A stretch of DNA of 63,670 nt, filler included, from Stramenopiles sp. TOSAG23-2 (GCA_900128395.1; 22 parts of 22 records of this genome joined end to end with filler, not necessarily neighbours in it); one strand, 5' to 3'. Shown: positions 10,866-23,476, counted from the whole stretch's first letter. Made by a program: numbers and translations. The notes: generated by a model not told the origin, from the letters alone.

Positions 10866-11751
10866 TTATTTAAAATAATAACAACTAAATTTCTGATCTT
10901 GACTCCCTGTAATAAATCCTTTTACATCTTCTGCTGGAGCTATATTATAAATTGAACCTTGATGTGGTTTCCAAAATCCTGCATTTCCCATACTAGGGAC
11001 TGTAAAGATTTTTATCGTACCATCACTAAAACCAACAATTAAATGACCGTGTGTAATCGCTAGAGAAAACACTGTTATGTTGTTCCTCATTCCATGTGGT
11101 TTTTGTATTTCACCTTTTAAACTACCATTTGGTAACAATTTGTAAATATTTATATTTGGATCGGCACCAGCCGACATGATATAATAATCATTACCAACTT
11201 TCGTAGAACTTAATGTATATACAGGTGCATTATGCCCTTGCATCATACTAAGAGCCGATCCATCAGCAGCATTATATACTCCGATCTGACCATCGAATGA
11301 ACCAGAAATTAAAAATTTGTTGTCGCCAACTATTTGCAATGCTTTGATGCCAGCTTTGTGGCCTNNNNNNNNNNNNNNNNNNNNNNNNNNNNNNNNNNNN
11401 NNNNNNNNNNNNNNNNNNNNNNNNNNNNNNNNNNNNNNNNNNNNNNNNNNNNNNNNNNNNTAAAAATTTGTTGTCGCCAACTATTTGCAATGCTTTGATG
11501 CCAGCTTTGTGGCCTGGCATTTCTCCTAATAAATCAAAAGCACTTTGATCATCTTTTATTTTCCATGCCCGTATAATTGGGTCGGATTTTGGGTCGTTTA
11601 TGTCCATCCCACCGCCGCCAGAGAACAGGATACCACTTGCCGCATTTGCTTCTAATGCATAGACGCGTTGTGCATGGCTTGGTCCATTATTTTTTAATAA
11701 TTTATATTCAACACCACTTTGCATATTCCATCCTTGGACTAATCCTCCTTG
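10866..11751 (-). CDS. WD40-repeat protein (5' truncated; internal N-gap with duplicated flanks)
   Basis: Repeated GH...SGS.D..I blades (GHKAGIKAL..LISGSFDGQI, GHNAPVYTL..SAGADPNI, IVGFSDGTIKIF, ITGSQDQK). The two ORFs join if the overlap around gap 11365-11460 is collapsed. Confidence 0.88.
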
Positions 11752-11940
11752 NNNNNNNNNNNNNNNNNNNNNNNNNNNNNNNNNNNNNNNNNNNNTTAAT
11801 TAATTAANNNNNNNNNNNNNNNNNNNNNNNNNNNNNNNNNNNNNNNNNNNNATAACTCTTGAGAAAAACAATAAAATAAGTATAATATAATCAATCAATC
11901 AATCAATCATGTCATCGTCATTAAATAATAATATATATAC

Positions 11941-12492
11941 CCTTTCGGCAATTTTGCTCTCAACTGTTTTTCATATTCCGATGCAGTATCATGAAACATC
12001 TTGTGTAAATATTCTTGTTCTAACCCATCAGCCTCTAAATGTGCTTCAGCGGCAAAATGCGAAAATTCTAAATACGACAATTCACTCATCGTATCTTCAC
12101 TATTACTTGATTGCAAAGCTTCGATTTCACCGCCAATTTTCATACCTAAACTTATTAAGTTACCAGAATCTCCAATAGTAAACGGGACGTATAGTTTTAA
12201 AGGATCCGTGACTCCATCTTTTTTCAACTCTCCAATCCCTGGACTTAATTTATTTATACATTGTAAANNNNNNNNNNNNNNNNNNNNNNNNNNNNNNNNN
12301 NNNNNNNNNNNNNNNNNNNNNNNNNATACATTGTAAAGCACCATTAACTTCCCCTTTTGAATTGGTCGTGGGTACACAAAGCACAGATACAGTTCTATAA
12401 CCTGTAGCAATGTCAACGTCTTGATTAAATCGTTCATCTTTGTATGCATCTGCAATATCAATCCCTTTAGCAGTATTTAGTGAATTAAAGCA
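11941..12492 (-). CDS. GAF-domain protein fragment (cNMP-phosphodiesterase/cyclase-type GAF)
   Basis: Hand translation in a frame missed by the track: IDIADAYKDERFNQDVDIATGYRTVSVLCVPTTNSKGEVNGALQCINKL...PFTIGD, the typical DAY.D.RFN..VD..TGY.T.S.LC.P / NK..F..D pattern. Likely GT intron donor at about 11940. Confidence 0.82.
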
Positions 12493-12499
12493 TTATTGA

Positions 12500-12784
12500 T
12501 TAAAAGAAATATATGCAATCCCAGGTGATTCTTAATCTTTGCGTTCCCGCAGTATTTAGCATTTGGTTTACCATTGTTTCATTGTCAAGCTCAACACTGA
12601 CTGGAACAACATGTTTATTTGCACCAGAATCCCAACACCATAGTATGAAATTTTCATTATTAGTTTTGTTTATTTGTTTTTGCATTTTTTCTTTGATTCC
12701 TAAGTATGACATAAAATTATTATTATTTTTGTTATTATTCATATCTTTGGATTTCTTATTATTAATCTTAGATTTTCTATTCAT
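12500..12784 (-). mobile_element. Ty1/copia LTR-retrotransposon aspartic protease fragment
   Basis: WCWDSGANKHVV matches the copia protease W..DSGA..H motif, followed by LNTAG as in the V.TA.G segment. No integrase or RT is present. Confidence 0.7.
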
Positions 12785-14563
12785 ATATATATATGTTAAT
12801 GTGGCTCATTAACAATACAATTATAAATAGATTGTTGTTGCTCGTCTTCTCTATATTCGCCTGTTATTTACTTGCTAATATCGTCAACTCCTGACACCGT
12901 TTCGTTAGTGATATTTACCATTCATGGTCATATCACAATTGTTTTATGATTGGGACTCGATAGGCTAAATCGTACACTAGCTATCATATAACTAACAGTA
13001 GGAAAGAGTAGTATAGTTAAGTTGGAAACAGTACCTAGGGGGTGGTTCCTATATAAAATGTTCTCTTACTCCTATATATACAAACGTTTACACTACAAGT
13101 AGGTATATACTCTCTTTAGCACGGAATAGTATGGTATAGCACGGTATGGGCACAGTAGATATTTTATTTATGCAAAAAAAAAATTATTTTTTATTTTTTC
13201 TTTCTCTTTATTGTTACATCACTATTCCAACNNNNNNNNNNNNNNNNNNNNNNNNNNNNNNNNNNNNNNNNNNNNTTAATTAATTAANNNNNNNNNNNNN
13301 NNNNNNNNNNNNNNNNNNNNNNNNNNNNNNNATACATGTATATATATTTTCAACATGTTTTCTCGTGATGTATGTTTGTATTAATACCCTATACTTAATG
13401 CATTTACTATACTATGTATATGCCGTAGTCCTGCACGGTGTTGACCCCTGGCGTTTCTGTCAAAATCATCAGGTACACTCATGATATGATGAAAAAACAC
13501 TTTCTTATCGTGTAAAATCCTGTTGATAGGATTTTTATGTTATGCTCATTCGTTGTAATTGGAAAAAGGTGTTTTTTTCCACCCCACTACATATACATGC
13601 TGAGATATAACAATTTTTCGATTTTTCAAACAAGATTTTTTGTTGAAACGGTTAAGTAGCATGTAATTAGCACTAGTAAAAATCAGACAGTGAAAATAAG
13701 TTGAAAAAACAGTTAGTATATGGAATGAAAATGATATAATCTGTTAGGAACATGTTTATGTGATATAAATATATACATTGATCTAAAAATTATAACATTT
13801 ATAGATGATACTATTGTATATGAAATGTGTATCTTTGAATGGTTGGGTTGGGAGTGAGGAGAATTTTTAAGGTAACGTTGGTATTTTGAGAAAATATTGA
13901 AATCCTCGACGGGAGTAAAAAAAAAAAGATTTATTGGGTTTGATAGGGAATTAATGATGTTTGTACTATTTGTGTATTAATAATGATAAATTTAAAAAAA
14001 ATTGGAATTGACGTAAACTTCTTAATTTTTCTAAACATTAGTTTAATGCTCTTTTATATCAATTAATACGTACATTATAAACAAATTGATTATTAAATAA
14101 GTTTAAATTGGAATTTATTTAAATAGCGTTTTAATAATTAATAATTTATATTTCACTTTAATTATGTAAAAATAGCATTAAAAAAGGTATATGTGTTTAA
14201 TTATGGATTTTTAGTATTTAATTATTTAAAGCATTTTAATATTAAATTATATTATTATTTACGATAAAACTAATTAAACATCTATAAAATAAAATTATAA
14301 TGTTTTAAAATTTGTAGAAAAAAATAATTAAAATTTTATTATCTTTTTAATGAAAAGCTCCCGGAAAGATGGAAAGCCTGCAAAGCGGGAAAGATTTATT
14401 ACTAACATACCAGGCATACATAGCACATACTGCGACTGGCATACAAAGAAAAAAACAAAAACAACAATTTTCCATCATCTATCGACTACACACACACATA
14501 TACATCCAAACCATCCTTCTTCCATCAACATCCCACCAAACAAACAAACGACTTTGTCGCACC

Positions 14564-14711
14564 ATGTCGCAATTATTATTATTAAAACGTCATAGTAGAT
14601 TGTTATCTTTTACGAATTGTCATCCTTCATTTAACAATATTAATAATAAATATAAAAAAAATATAAAATCATCCTCTTTTTCATTTTTACGTATATATTC
14701 ATCATCATCTT
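14564..14711 (+). CDS. 5' fragment of a gene with a mitochondrial-transit-like peptide
   Basis: MSQLLLLKRHSRLLSF...FLRIYSSSS is R/K/S/L-rich with no acidic residues and is open to the scaffold end. Confidence 0.5.
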
Positions 14712-14911
14712 NNNNNNNNNNNNNNNNNNNNNNNNNNNNNNNNNNNNNNNNNNNNTTAATTAATTAANNNNNNNNNNNNNNNNNNNNNNNNNNNNNNNNN
14801 NNNNNNNNNNNTATAGAAATATATATATATATATATATATACATAACATATAAATAAATATATATTATATATTATTTTAATTTACGCATAATTTATATTG
14901 TTTTACGTAAT

Positions 14912-16020
14912 TTACTCATGTGATAATTCGCATTGATTGTGCAGCGCTGTACTTTTTACTTTTACTGTTTTATCATTTAATATAACATGGATAATGCTTT
15001 TGTTGCATTTTTTGAAAGTACAAAAGGATGACAACGATGACTTGTTGTTATTATTAATGTCAGTACTACTACTGGCCTCTTCAGCAGGATCAGCGTAATT
15101 CTTTCTTTTGAACGGTGACGATATAAATGGATTTGTTTTTGAATACATCTATGGCTTTTCGAAACGAAATAACAGCATTTGTGCTTCTATTGGTTGCTTT
15201 AATCGTGTCAATAATTCACGACTATCGACAACTACATATTAACTCTATTAACATTTCCATCATGATCTTCAAATACTTCTACAATTAATTCGCTCTCCAA
15301 ACTACTTTAAACTTGAACAGTTGGATAACATATCGGTTCATCATCATCGCCATTTATATTGTTGATATTAAAACCATATGGTGCTCTACGTAATGCAGAA
15401 GCTGCTACATTTCGCTCCCTGCCGCTAAATGCATTAATATAGCTACGTCGCATTACACCATCATGACCAGTATATATATAATAGCATATACCCATTTCGG
15501 ATTTACAAAATTCCATGTACCAGATAGTGCTTTCGATAATCGTCTTGCTTGTGCCAAACGACGTAAAAACTCCAATAATCGCGGTACACCCTCTCTAACA
15601 GCATTAGCACCACATTCTCCAAATGTTTTCAATGCCAATGCATCGCAACGGCCAGGTTCAACATCCGGTATTACTTCAATAATTAATGGTTGGTTGTTGC
15701 TCGATTAATACTAATAAATTTGGTACGTCTTAAATCAATACGTTCAAATTTACCATCTAATGTTGTTTTTTGATCGTATGGTGATAGCAATGAAGATGTA
15801 TCGTTCATACTTTGTATTGGAATTTTATTGGTTAAAGCATTATTACTATAATTTGTTTTCATGTTCATATTGTTATTATTATCATTGGTACGGCGGTTGA
15901 CTCGTTAACAACACTTCCGCTTCTCTTTCGCACCTTTTGTGATGGTGAAGGTGTTGGAATATTATTAGTATTATTATTATTATCGTTATTATTGGAATGA
16001 ATACTATATGAAGACAACAT
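14912..16020 (-). pseudogene. Disrupted gene of unknown family (4 frameshifts, 2 in-frame stops)
   Basis: Colinear protein-like pieces from ATG 16020 through track ORFs 15683-15868, 15453-15638, 15307-15516 and 14912-15148. In-frame TAA at about 15307 and TAG at about 15149. Confidence 0.7.
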
Positions 16021-16292
16021 ATATGTTTTTTTTTCGTTGATGATGGTGAAAATATTTTATTTAATAAATTTATATATTGTTTCCTCTATTTTTCTATATA
16101 TATATATATATATATATTCTATCTCTATGTTTGAATTGTTTTATCTTTCTTTATTCTATCTATCTATCTATTTTACTATTATCTATTAACNNNNNNNNNN
16201 NNNNNNNNNNNNNNNNNNNNNNNNNNNNNNNNNNTTAATTAATTAANNNNNNNNNNNNNNNNNNNNNNNNNNNNNNNNNNNNNNNNNNNNCG

Positions 16293-17069
16293 ATTAATTA
16301 TCAAAAGACTGAAAATATTGATGAAACAGTAGCTAAAGACGACGAAACTACTACTAATAATGGTGAAGAAGAAGAAGAAAATAATAATAATAATGCAAAA
16401 GAACAAACATTGTTAGTTATTACTGATCATTGTCAATCATTCAAAGATGTACATGCATGTAGAATGGAATTAATGTACGGACCATACCAAGTTGCGATGG
16501 CAAATGATTTAGATGCATTTAATGATTCGATGGAAAAAATGACGACAGAAAATGTTCAAGAAAAAGAAACAACAAAAAATATGGAAGCAGAAAATACATA
16601 TGGTTCATTTATTGTATATGGAATGTTCTGTCTTGCAATTGCAATGAACTTTATGAAAAAACGTAAATATGTTAACTTAGATTATCCATCTGAAGTGGAA
16701 GTTTCCGAAGCATATGAAGTTGTTCTCCAAGAAGAAGAAAAAGAAAAAGCTGTAGTTGTAGAAACTGTAATACCATCAAAATTAAATGTATTATCAGAAA
16801 TATCAATCAATAATACTTTTGATACATTAATACCAACAAAAGCATCGAAGAAAAAAGTAAATAATAATAATAGTAATAATAATAGTAATAATAATAACAC
16901 ATCATTCCATATACTTCATGATGATCAAGAAAATACAGTTCAAAATACACGAAAAACAAGATCAAAGAAAATTAAAAAACGTATGACAAAGAAATTAAAA
17001 ACTGTTTTTAAATCACCATTACGTACCACCAATCATAAATTTGTACATTCACCAATGCCACGTATTTAG
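16293..17069 (+). CDS. 5'-truncated hypothetical protein with one hydrophobic segment
   Basis: Frame open from the scaffold start. TM-like YGSFIVYGMFCLAIAMNFM followed by KKRK; basic tail. Confidence 0.65.
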   Translation: MNYQKTENIDETVAKDDETTTNNGEEEEENNNNNAKEQTLLVITDHCQSFKDVHACRMELMYGPYQVAMANDLDAFNDSMEKMTTENVQEKETTKNMEAENTYGSFIVYGMFCLAIAMNFMKKRKYVNLDYPSEVEVSEAYEVVLQEEEKEKAVVVETVIPSKLNVLSEISINNTFDTLIPTKASKKKVNNNNSNNNSNNNNTSFHILHDDQENTVQNTRKTRSKKIKKRMTKKLKTVFKSPLRTTNHKFVHSPMPRI

Positions 17070-17849
17070 AAAATGTTGGTGTGTGTGTAGCCTGTGTAGA
17101 TATTCAACAAAAAAAAAGGGGGTATGAAAAAAAACACGACACGCAATGTACTTCGTAAAAGTTATAAAGAACAGGATGAAAAGATGTTTTTAAATTATTA
17201 TTAATTCACATCTCACACAGAGATTCACACAGAACGGAGGGAATTATGAGTTTTATAAAAACAACAAAATGTAATACAAAGATATACATATACAAAGACA
17301 TACAACATATATACACAAGAATATTTTTTTATAAATTTTGTTTTTGTGCTTTTCACCAACTCGAATTTCAACAATTTTTTTCGGTCGTCAATTTTTCCCG
17401 TCTTCCTATCATATTATAGTATACTATGAAGTACAATACCACCATCAAGCGAACCCTTGGACATTTCTTCTTCGTAGAACCTTCATATATATATATAGAT
17501 ATGCGATGAAGGTATATATATATATATATCAATCAGTGAACGAATTATTAACATAGTAGTACAACCTATTGGAATAATAATTATTACTTCCAATATCAAC
17601 CAATTTTATTTTACATATTTTATATATATATATTTTTTTTTTTTTTTATCATTTCTATTTTTTTTTTTTNNNNNNNNNNNNNNNNNNNNNNNNNNNNNNN
17701 NNNNNNNNNNNNNTTAATTAATTAANNNNNNNNNNNNNNNNNNNNNNNNNNNNNNNNNNNNNNNNNNNNTATATATATATGTATATATATATATATATAT
17801 ATAATGTATAGATATATATATATTTTAATGATTCATTCGGTGTATTCTA

Positions 17850-19046
17850 GTAAGTACAATTACCTATCATGTTCAACTTCTTCTCATTCATTTTTCTTGG
17901 TTGTAAAAAAAGATTGAACAAGTGCGACTTTAGTATACTAATATGAGGCCATGTTGATAGGATAATTATTGAAGAATGCTATAATGCTATTCATATGTTG
18001 TATTCTCCATAGAATTGTACGGACCCTCATATATTACTCGATTCTTTGCTGCGCTCATATTTTATGGTATGTGATGTAAGAAGGAAGAACGAAGGGAATC
18101 GAGTACTCATATATGTAACATGAAAGAAGGTGAACACATGCATTGCACAAATCATGAATTCAATGAAGAGGTGCACATCTCTCGGATCTCACAAAGTAAA
18201 AATTCTCCACTAGTAAAAATCAATTTTACATCATGATAACATTATTTATTATACACATGCACATACCATGTGAGTAATGTTAGTAGATCCAAGGGTGTTA
18301 TAACTAAATATGAAATTAATTGTACTGTTAATTTTGATGTGAAGAAATCACTAATTATTTTTACAGGTGTTATATAACTTAGAGAGGTATCTTGATATTT
18401 TCATTATTAATATGCTTTTTCAGCAGCCATGTTACCTTGCATGGTGAAGCCAATTTTAACAAAACCTGGATCTGAAGGGTTTTGTAATATGTGTATCCAC
18501 TTTTTTAATCTCTCTAATCATATTCCCAACAATTTACAATATTGGTTGAATCATTTTTTGAAATTGATTGACTATTAATAGTAATATTACTGCAAAAATT
18601 ACAAAGTCATCAACCAAATATTAATGTGAAAATTACAAAATCATCAACAAATGAAAAAAATACAAAATCACCCGTTGCAAATAATGATAATTACTTTGAA
18701 GTAAACGTAAATGATCTTCAATTTAATGCATTAAATGGTTCAATCAGAGATACAATCCTGAACATGAAAAATGTTCTTCATACTCATGGGTCATATCTAC
18801 AGCAAATGCCACACTGTAGTGGAACATCACCGGTACAATATTAATGAAACATTTAAAAATAGTGCAGCGGATTTCAATACCAATATACTTCCACATATTG
18901 ATACAAATTGTGAAAAGGTATCGGATGAAATTTTTAGTCATTTAACGAAAAGGTATGTATACAATGTAACGAAGATAAATATACAGAAGGGGCAAGTTCA
19001 TCATATTCGTAAAAAACATAATTACTATTATACTTCAAACCAATAG
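17850..19046. pseudogene. Decayed coding relic including a T5orf172/GIY-YIG-like motif on the minus strand (~18440-18500)
   Basis: The minus strand reads GY/HILQNPSDPGFVKIGFT across a frameshift (family pattern GY.YIL.NP..PG.VKIG.T). Plus-strand frames are protein-like but broken by TGA/TAA, and the region looks CA/TG-rich. Confidence 0.5.
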
Positions 19047-19249
19047 TTTCATTGTTTGTAAAATTTTGTAGTTAAAAGGGCGTAAAAATGCAGTTGGCTA
19101 ATCAAAATAGCATACAAATAGCATTACAACTCCTCCTCACATCACAAANNNNNNNNNNNNNNNNNNNNNNNNNNNNNNNNNNNNNNNNNNNNTTAATTAA
19201 TTAANNNNNNNNNNNNNNNNNNNNNNNNNNNNNNNNNNNNNNNNNNNNA

Positions 19250-19348
19250 GAAATGTATATTGGTAAAAAACGCGGAGAAGAATTAGTATGTGTATTAAAA
19301 GATGGACCACGTGTACATATCATGGAACATTGTCGCTATGATAAATAA
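19250..19348 (+). CDS. 3' fragment of an unknown gene convergent with OSGEP
   Basis: EMYIGKKRGEELVCVLKDGPRVHIMEHCRYDK* is open from the scaffold start. Confidence 0.45.
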   Translation, partial: EMYIGKKRGEELVCVLKDGPRVHIMEHCRYDK

Positions 19349-19459
19349 AAAAGTCAAAAAGATAAAAAAAAAGAGTATTTTTTGAAAAATTGTACACGAG
19401 TATGTACAGGTTTAATATTTTAATTTTACACACGCACACACATTTTATATAAAAAACTC

Positions 19460-20524
19460 TCAATCATCACGCCATATAATATCCACCTCATCCGTACGAA
19501 AACGTTGTGTACACCATGTATCTTCCATCCTTGTTTCTATTCCTTTCATATATGCCAATATACCAGCTTGTGCGATCATTGCACCATTATCAATACAATA
19601 ACGATAATCCATATCAAATACTTTACCATTTCGTTCTTTCATCATTTGTCCCATCATTTCTTGTAAACGTTTATTACAACCAACACCACCTACTATTAAT
19701 ACTTCATTTGAACCGACATGTGCTAATGCCCTTTCCGTCGTTTCCACTAACATTGCAAATACAGTTTCTTGCAATGAATAACATAAATCTGCTTTTGTAC
19801 AACTACCTTTTTCTAATTGTATTTTTGCTTCTTTTTCAATATAAGTTAATATACCTGAAAATGATACATCCATCCCTTTAATTACATATGGTAATGAAAT
19901 CAATTTATCACCACCTTCTTTAGCTAATTGTTCAATATTATACCCAGGACTTGGATCATTACTTAAACCTAATACACGAGCAAATCGATCTAAACAATTA
20001 CCAACAGCAATATCAATGGTTTCCCCAAAAATACGATAACATTTTTGAGAATAGGCTATTACTTGTGTATTGCCACCACTAACATATAAAACTACTGGAT
20101 TTTCTGCACCAGTTAATACTCGTCCCATTTCAATATGACCAACACAATGATTTACAGCAACTAATGGTACCTTCCAACATAATGATAAAGTACGTGCACC
20201 AACTGCACTTGATCGTAAAGGTCCACCCATACCAGGACCTTTTGTAAAACAGATACAATCAATATCTTTTGGTTCTAACTTTGCTTCATTTAAAGCGGCA
20301 CGTGTTAATGGTACAATATGGTTTTGATGATGCCATGCCGTTTCACGTGGTAAAAATCCTTCACCTGGTGGTGTTATATATGTTTTTCGTGGATTTGATA
20401 ATATAGAAAAACTTTTATTTAAACGATCGTATTGTATAATACCAACACCTAATTTATTTGCACTACCTTCAATTCCTACTGCTATAATTTTATTTTGATT
20501 TGGTTTAATGGTATTGATATTCAT
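19460..20524 (-). CDS. OSGEP: tRNA N6-threonylcarbamoyladenosine (t6A) synthase, KEOPS catalytic subunit Kae1/OSGEP
   Basis: [74 protein letters not shown] and TQRFRTDEV. Complete and intronless. Confidence 0.98.
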   Translation of the reverse strand: MNINTIKPNQNKIIAVGIEGSANKLGVGIIQYDRLNKSFSILSNPRKTYITPPGEGFLPRETAWHHQNHIVPLTRAALNEAKLEPKDIDCICFTKGPGMGGPLRSSAVGARTLSLCWKVPLVAVNHCVGHIEMGRVLTGAENPVVLYVSGGNTQVIAYSQKCYRIFGETIDIAVGNCLDRFARVLGLSNDPSPGYNIEQLAKEGGDKLISLPYVIKGMDVSFSGILTYIEKEAKIQLEKGSCTKADLCYSLQETVFAMLVETTERALAHVGSNEVLIVGGVGCNKRLQEMMGQMMKERNGKVFDMDYRYCIDNGAMIAQAGILAYMKGIETRMEDTWCTQRFRTDEVDIIWRDD

Positions 20525-21008
20525 ATAATTATTTAAATAATTTTTATTGATGATGATGATTATTATTAAATATATATATAATAATTCGCGTTAATAAATA
20601 CGTGTCACTATGTATATATTTAGAATNNNNNNNNNNNNNNNNNNNNNNNNNNNNNNNNNNNNNNNNNNNNTTAATTAATTAANNNNNNNNNNNNNNNNNN
20701 NNNNNNNNNNNNNNNNNNNNNNNNNNTATCTGCCTTTTGCCTGTTTTGGAATTAGCAATATAGATTATAGTATAGTTTGATATAGGGGAAATACGAACTG
20801 ATAGTATACCAAAATACTCGAATACTATATATGTAGTAGGTACCTGATAGTGGTATAGTGGTATAGTATATATATAAGTATTTTAATTATAAATAAAGAC
20901 GATGATATATATTATACTCGTATATTAAAGATAGATTAATATGAAGAAGTGAAGGTGTATATAAGCCATAAGGAGGGAAATGCATAGTAATAATAATATT
21001 AAAGAAAG

Positions 21009-21884
21009 ATGAAATTAAAAGAATTTGAATGGGCATTGCAAGAAATTAAACAATTTGATAAACCAAAAGTAAAATTGGAACAATATCCAACTTCTGCTCA
21101 TTTAGCATCAAGAGTTATATTTAATGCTGAGAATTCATATGGTGATATTGAGGATAAATCCGTGTTGGATTTAGGATGTGGGCCGTGTATTTTAGGTATA
21201 GCAGCGCAGATGTTTGGTAGTGCATATACTATGGGAATTGATATTGATATAGATGCTTTAAATATTGCTCAAGAAAATATAATGGAATATGAAGTTGAGG
21301 TAGACCTTATACAAGCTAATGTAAAAGATTTAATTCGTATTGGTAGTGGTGAAGAAAATTTTAATAGTGGGTTATTTTTTTGTTCCAATAATAATAGGAA
21401 GAAGGCAATGATGGCCAATGTAAATAAAATTAATGATGATGATATTAAAAAAAAAGCAGAGGAAAACAATACCGATGCAGCATTAGATAATGATAAAAAC
21501 AAAAATGATAGTGAAACGTTATGGAGTAAGCCTATAAATATTATTAATGACAACAACAACAATAATGTTGTTGGTGTTGTTGATGAACAAATGTTATTTG
21601 ATACTGTTTTAATGAATCCACCATTTGGTACCAAACCTGGTAATAAAGGAATCGATATGATATTTTTAGAAACTGGATTGAAACTTGTTAAAGTTGGTGG
21701 TGCAGTATATTCTATGCATAAATCATCAACACGTGAACACATACAGAAAAAAGCAATTGGTTGGGGTTGCTCCATAAATGTTTTAGCACAAATGAAATTT
21801 GATATTGGTAATATGTATAAATTTCATAAGAAAAAATCTGTTGATATTGAGGTAGATTTAATAAGACTGGAACGTCGAAAATGA
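21009..21884 (+). CDS. METTL5: 18S rRNA m6A methyltransferase METTL5 with Asn/Asp-rich insertion
   Basis: PKVKLEQYPTSAHLA, DLGCG, FDTVLMNPPFGTK, GIDMIFL, YSMHKSSTREH and YKFHKKKSVDIEVD. Confidence 0.96.
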   Translation: MKLKEFEWALQEIKQFDKPKVKLEQYPTSAHLASRVIFNAENSYGDIEDKSVLDLGCGPCILGIAAQMFGSAYTMGIDIDIDALNIAQENIMEYEVEVDLIQANVKDLIRIGSGEENFNSGLFFCSNNNRKKAMMANVNKINDDDIKKKAEENNTDAALDNDKNKNDSETLWSKPINIINDNNNNNVVGVVDEQMLFDTVLMNPPFGTKPGNKGIDMIFLETGLKLVKVGGAVYSMHKSSTREHIQKKAIGWGCSINVLAQMKFDIGNMYKFHKKKSVDIEVDLIRLERRK

Positions 21885-22256
21885 TATTTTAGCATGCTGC
21901 TGGGTATACACTTATTAAAAGGAGGGTTTTGGGGATACACACATTTTAAATTTTAAAACAATTACGATAATATATATATTATATGTAATACATGAAGAAA
22001 TGTGTAATAAAATTTTTGGTTCACTCGTGATATGTTCTACTTTTAAAGCTTGCACCAAGGGATTCAGCTAAATTTCTTACATTATTAATACTAACTTTCG
22101 GATNNNNNNNNNNNNNNNNNNNNNNNNNNNNNNNNNNNNNNNNNNNNTTAATTAATTAANNNNNNNNNNNNNNNNNNNNNNNNNNNNNNNNNNNNNNNNN
22201 NNNTGCTTTTCACTAATTTCAATGAATTGTGATCCTCGATCACGAATATTATCCTG

Positions 22257-23476
22257 CGGCAAATTATCCCGAAATAATCGAAAAAGGCGAAAATGAGTTT
22301 GATAAAAAACGTTTAAAATTCCATATGATGTGGAAAAAAGACGAATATGCTGTTAAAAAGTGCAGAAAGGCAGAAAGTATGTGTTTCACAAGATTAAATA
22401 AAGCTGCGACATTTAGTGAAAAAATGTATAGGAAGGGTTTGATGGAATCACAGCATTGCAAGCCAAAGCACCATAGCAACCATATGGATATATCCAGCCC
22501 AGAATGTTTCGAAAATAGCAAGATTATGAAATCAACAGAGGAATGCATGGAGAAAAAATATTGTCAGTTTTTATCTGAAACGAATGAGGAGGAATCAAAA
22601 TACAATTTAAGACGGCATCATGAAAAATTGAGAGCTGAAATTCATAAGGAGGAGCAAAAGGTGGGGAAAGAAGTATTTGATTCATGTTGTAAAGAGTATG
22701 ACGGACAAGGAGATGCTGTGACAGAAATGAATGAAAAAGAGAAAAGAGATTGGTTTTATGGGCAAACGGGTCTTTTAGAACATTATGCACTGTGGTTTTT
22801 GAACAGCTTGACTCTCCGAAAATTGGTTTCCCTGGAAACCCTGAAAAAAAACAAATGTAATGTGCCTAAAGAAACAGAACAGATTGCATTTGATAAAGAG
22901 GCATTAAGTGTCTTCGAGGATAATTTGGAACAGGATAATATTCGTGATCGAGGATCACAATTCATTGAAATTAGTGAAAAGCAAAACCAAACTGAAAAAG
23001 AACACTTCGTTTACGAAATAACAAATTACACAGATAATAATGAACCCAACCACAACTTAGTGGCAACGCCATTCTTAGAAGAGAGAGATTTTCATACCAT
23101 GAATGGAAAACGCTATGCAGAAATAAATTGTAACGATGATGGAAGTGCTGCAGATTTGTGTAAATTAATTCGTTCTGGCAAACATCTTAAAGATATTAAA
23201 ATGGCAGTTTCTGCGTATCGAGATTATTATGGTGATGGTGAAAGGTGTTGCTATGAAACTAGTTACTACGAATGCAAAAAAAAACTTCAAGGTGCACCGA
23301 CAGAGCAATTGGAATGCCTTACAAAGATTCGAAACACGGCAACGGCTATTAAATATACAATTCATATCAGTCAGCCAGCTGATAAAATTATGTATGAAAT
23401 AGAAACAGAGAATCCTGTTACAGGAAATAAGAGGAGAAGACGACTGCTACAAAGTGGTAATGGAGGGGGTTGTTAA
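22257..23476 (+). CDS. 5'-truncated Cys-rich protein ending in RRRRLLQSGNGGGC
   Basis: Long open frame. 22204-22256 is an exact inverted copy of 22931-22983, so the ORF track's N-terminus (MILDHEYYP) is not genuine. Confidence 0.75.

Noticed and set aside
12790-13200. LTR and primer-binding site upstream of the copia protease
   Set aside because: GTTAATGAGCC on the minus strand only loosely resembles a PBS, there is no clear TG...CA boundary, and no gag ORF is present.
13434-14345. CACGGTG (Transib/RSS-like heptamer) before a long AT-rich non-coding tract
   Set aside because: No inverted partner, TSD or transposase was found in the scaffold.
14912-16020. Stop-codon reassignment or tiny introns
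   Set aside because: TAA, TAG and TGA all terminate intact conserved genes elsewhere in the window, and GT-AG micro-introns do not fix all the breaks.
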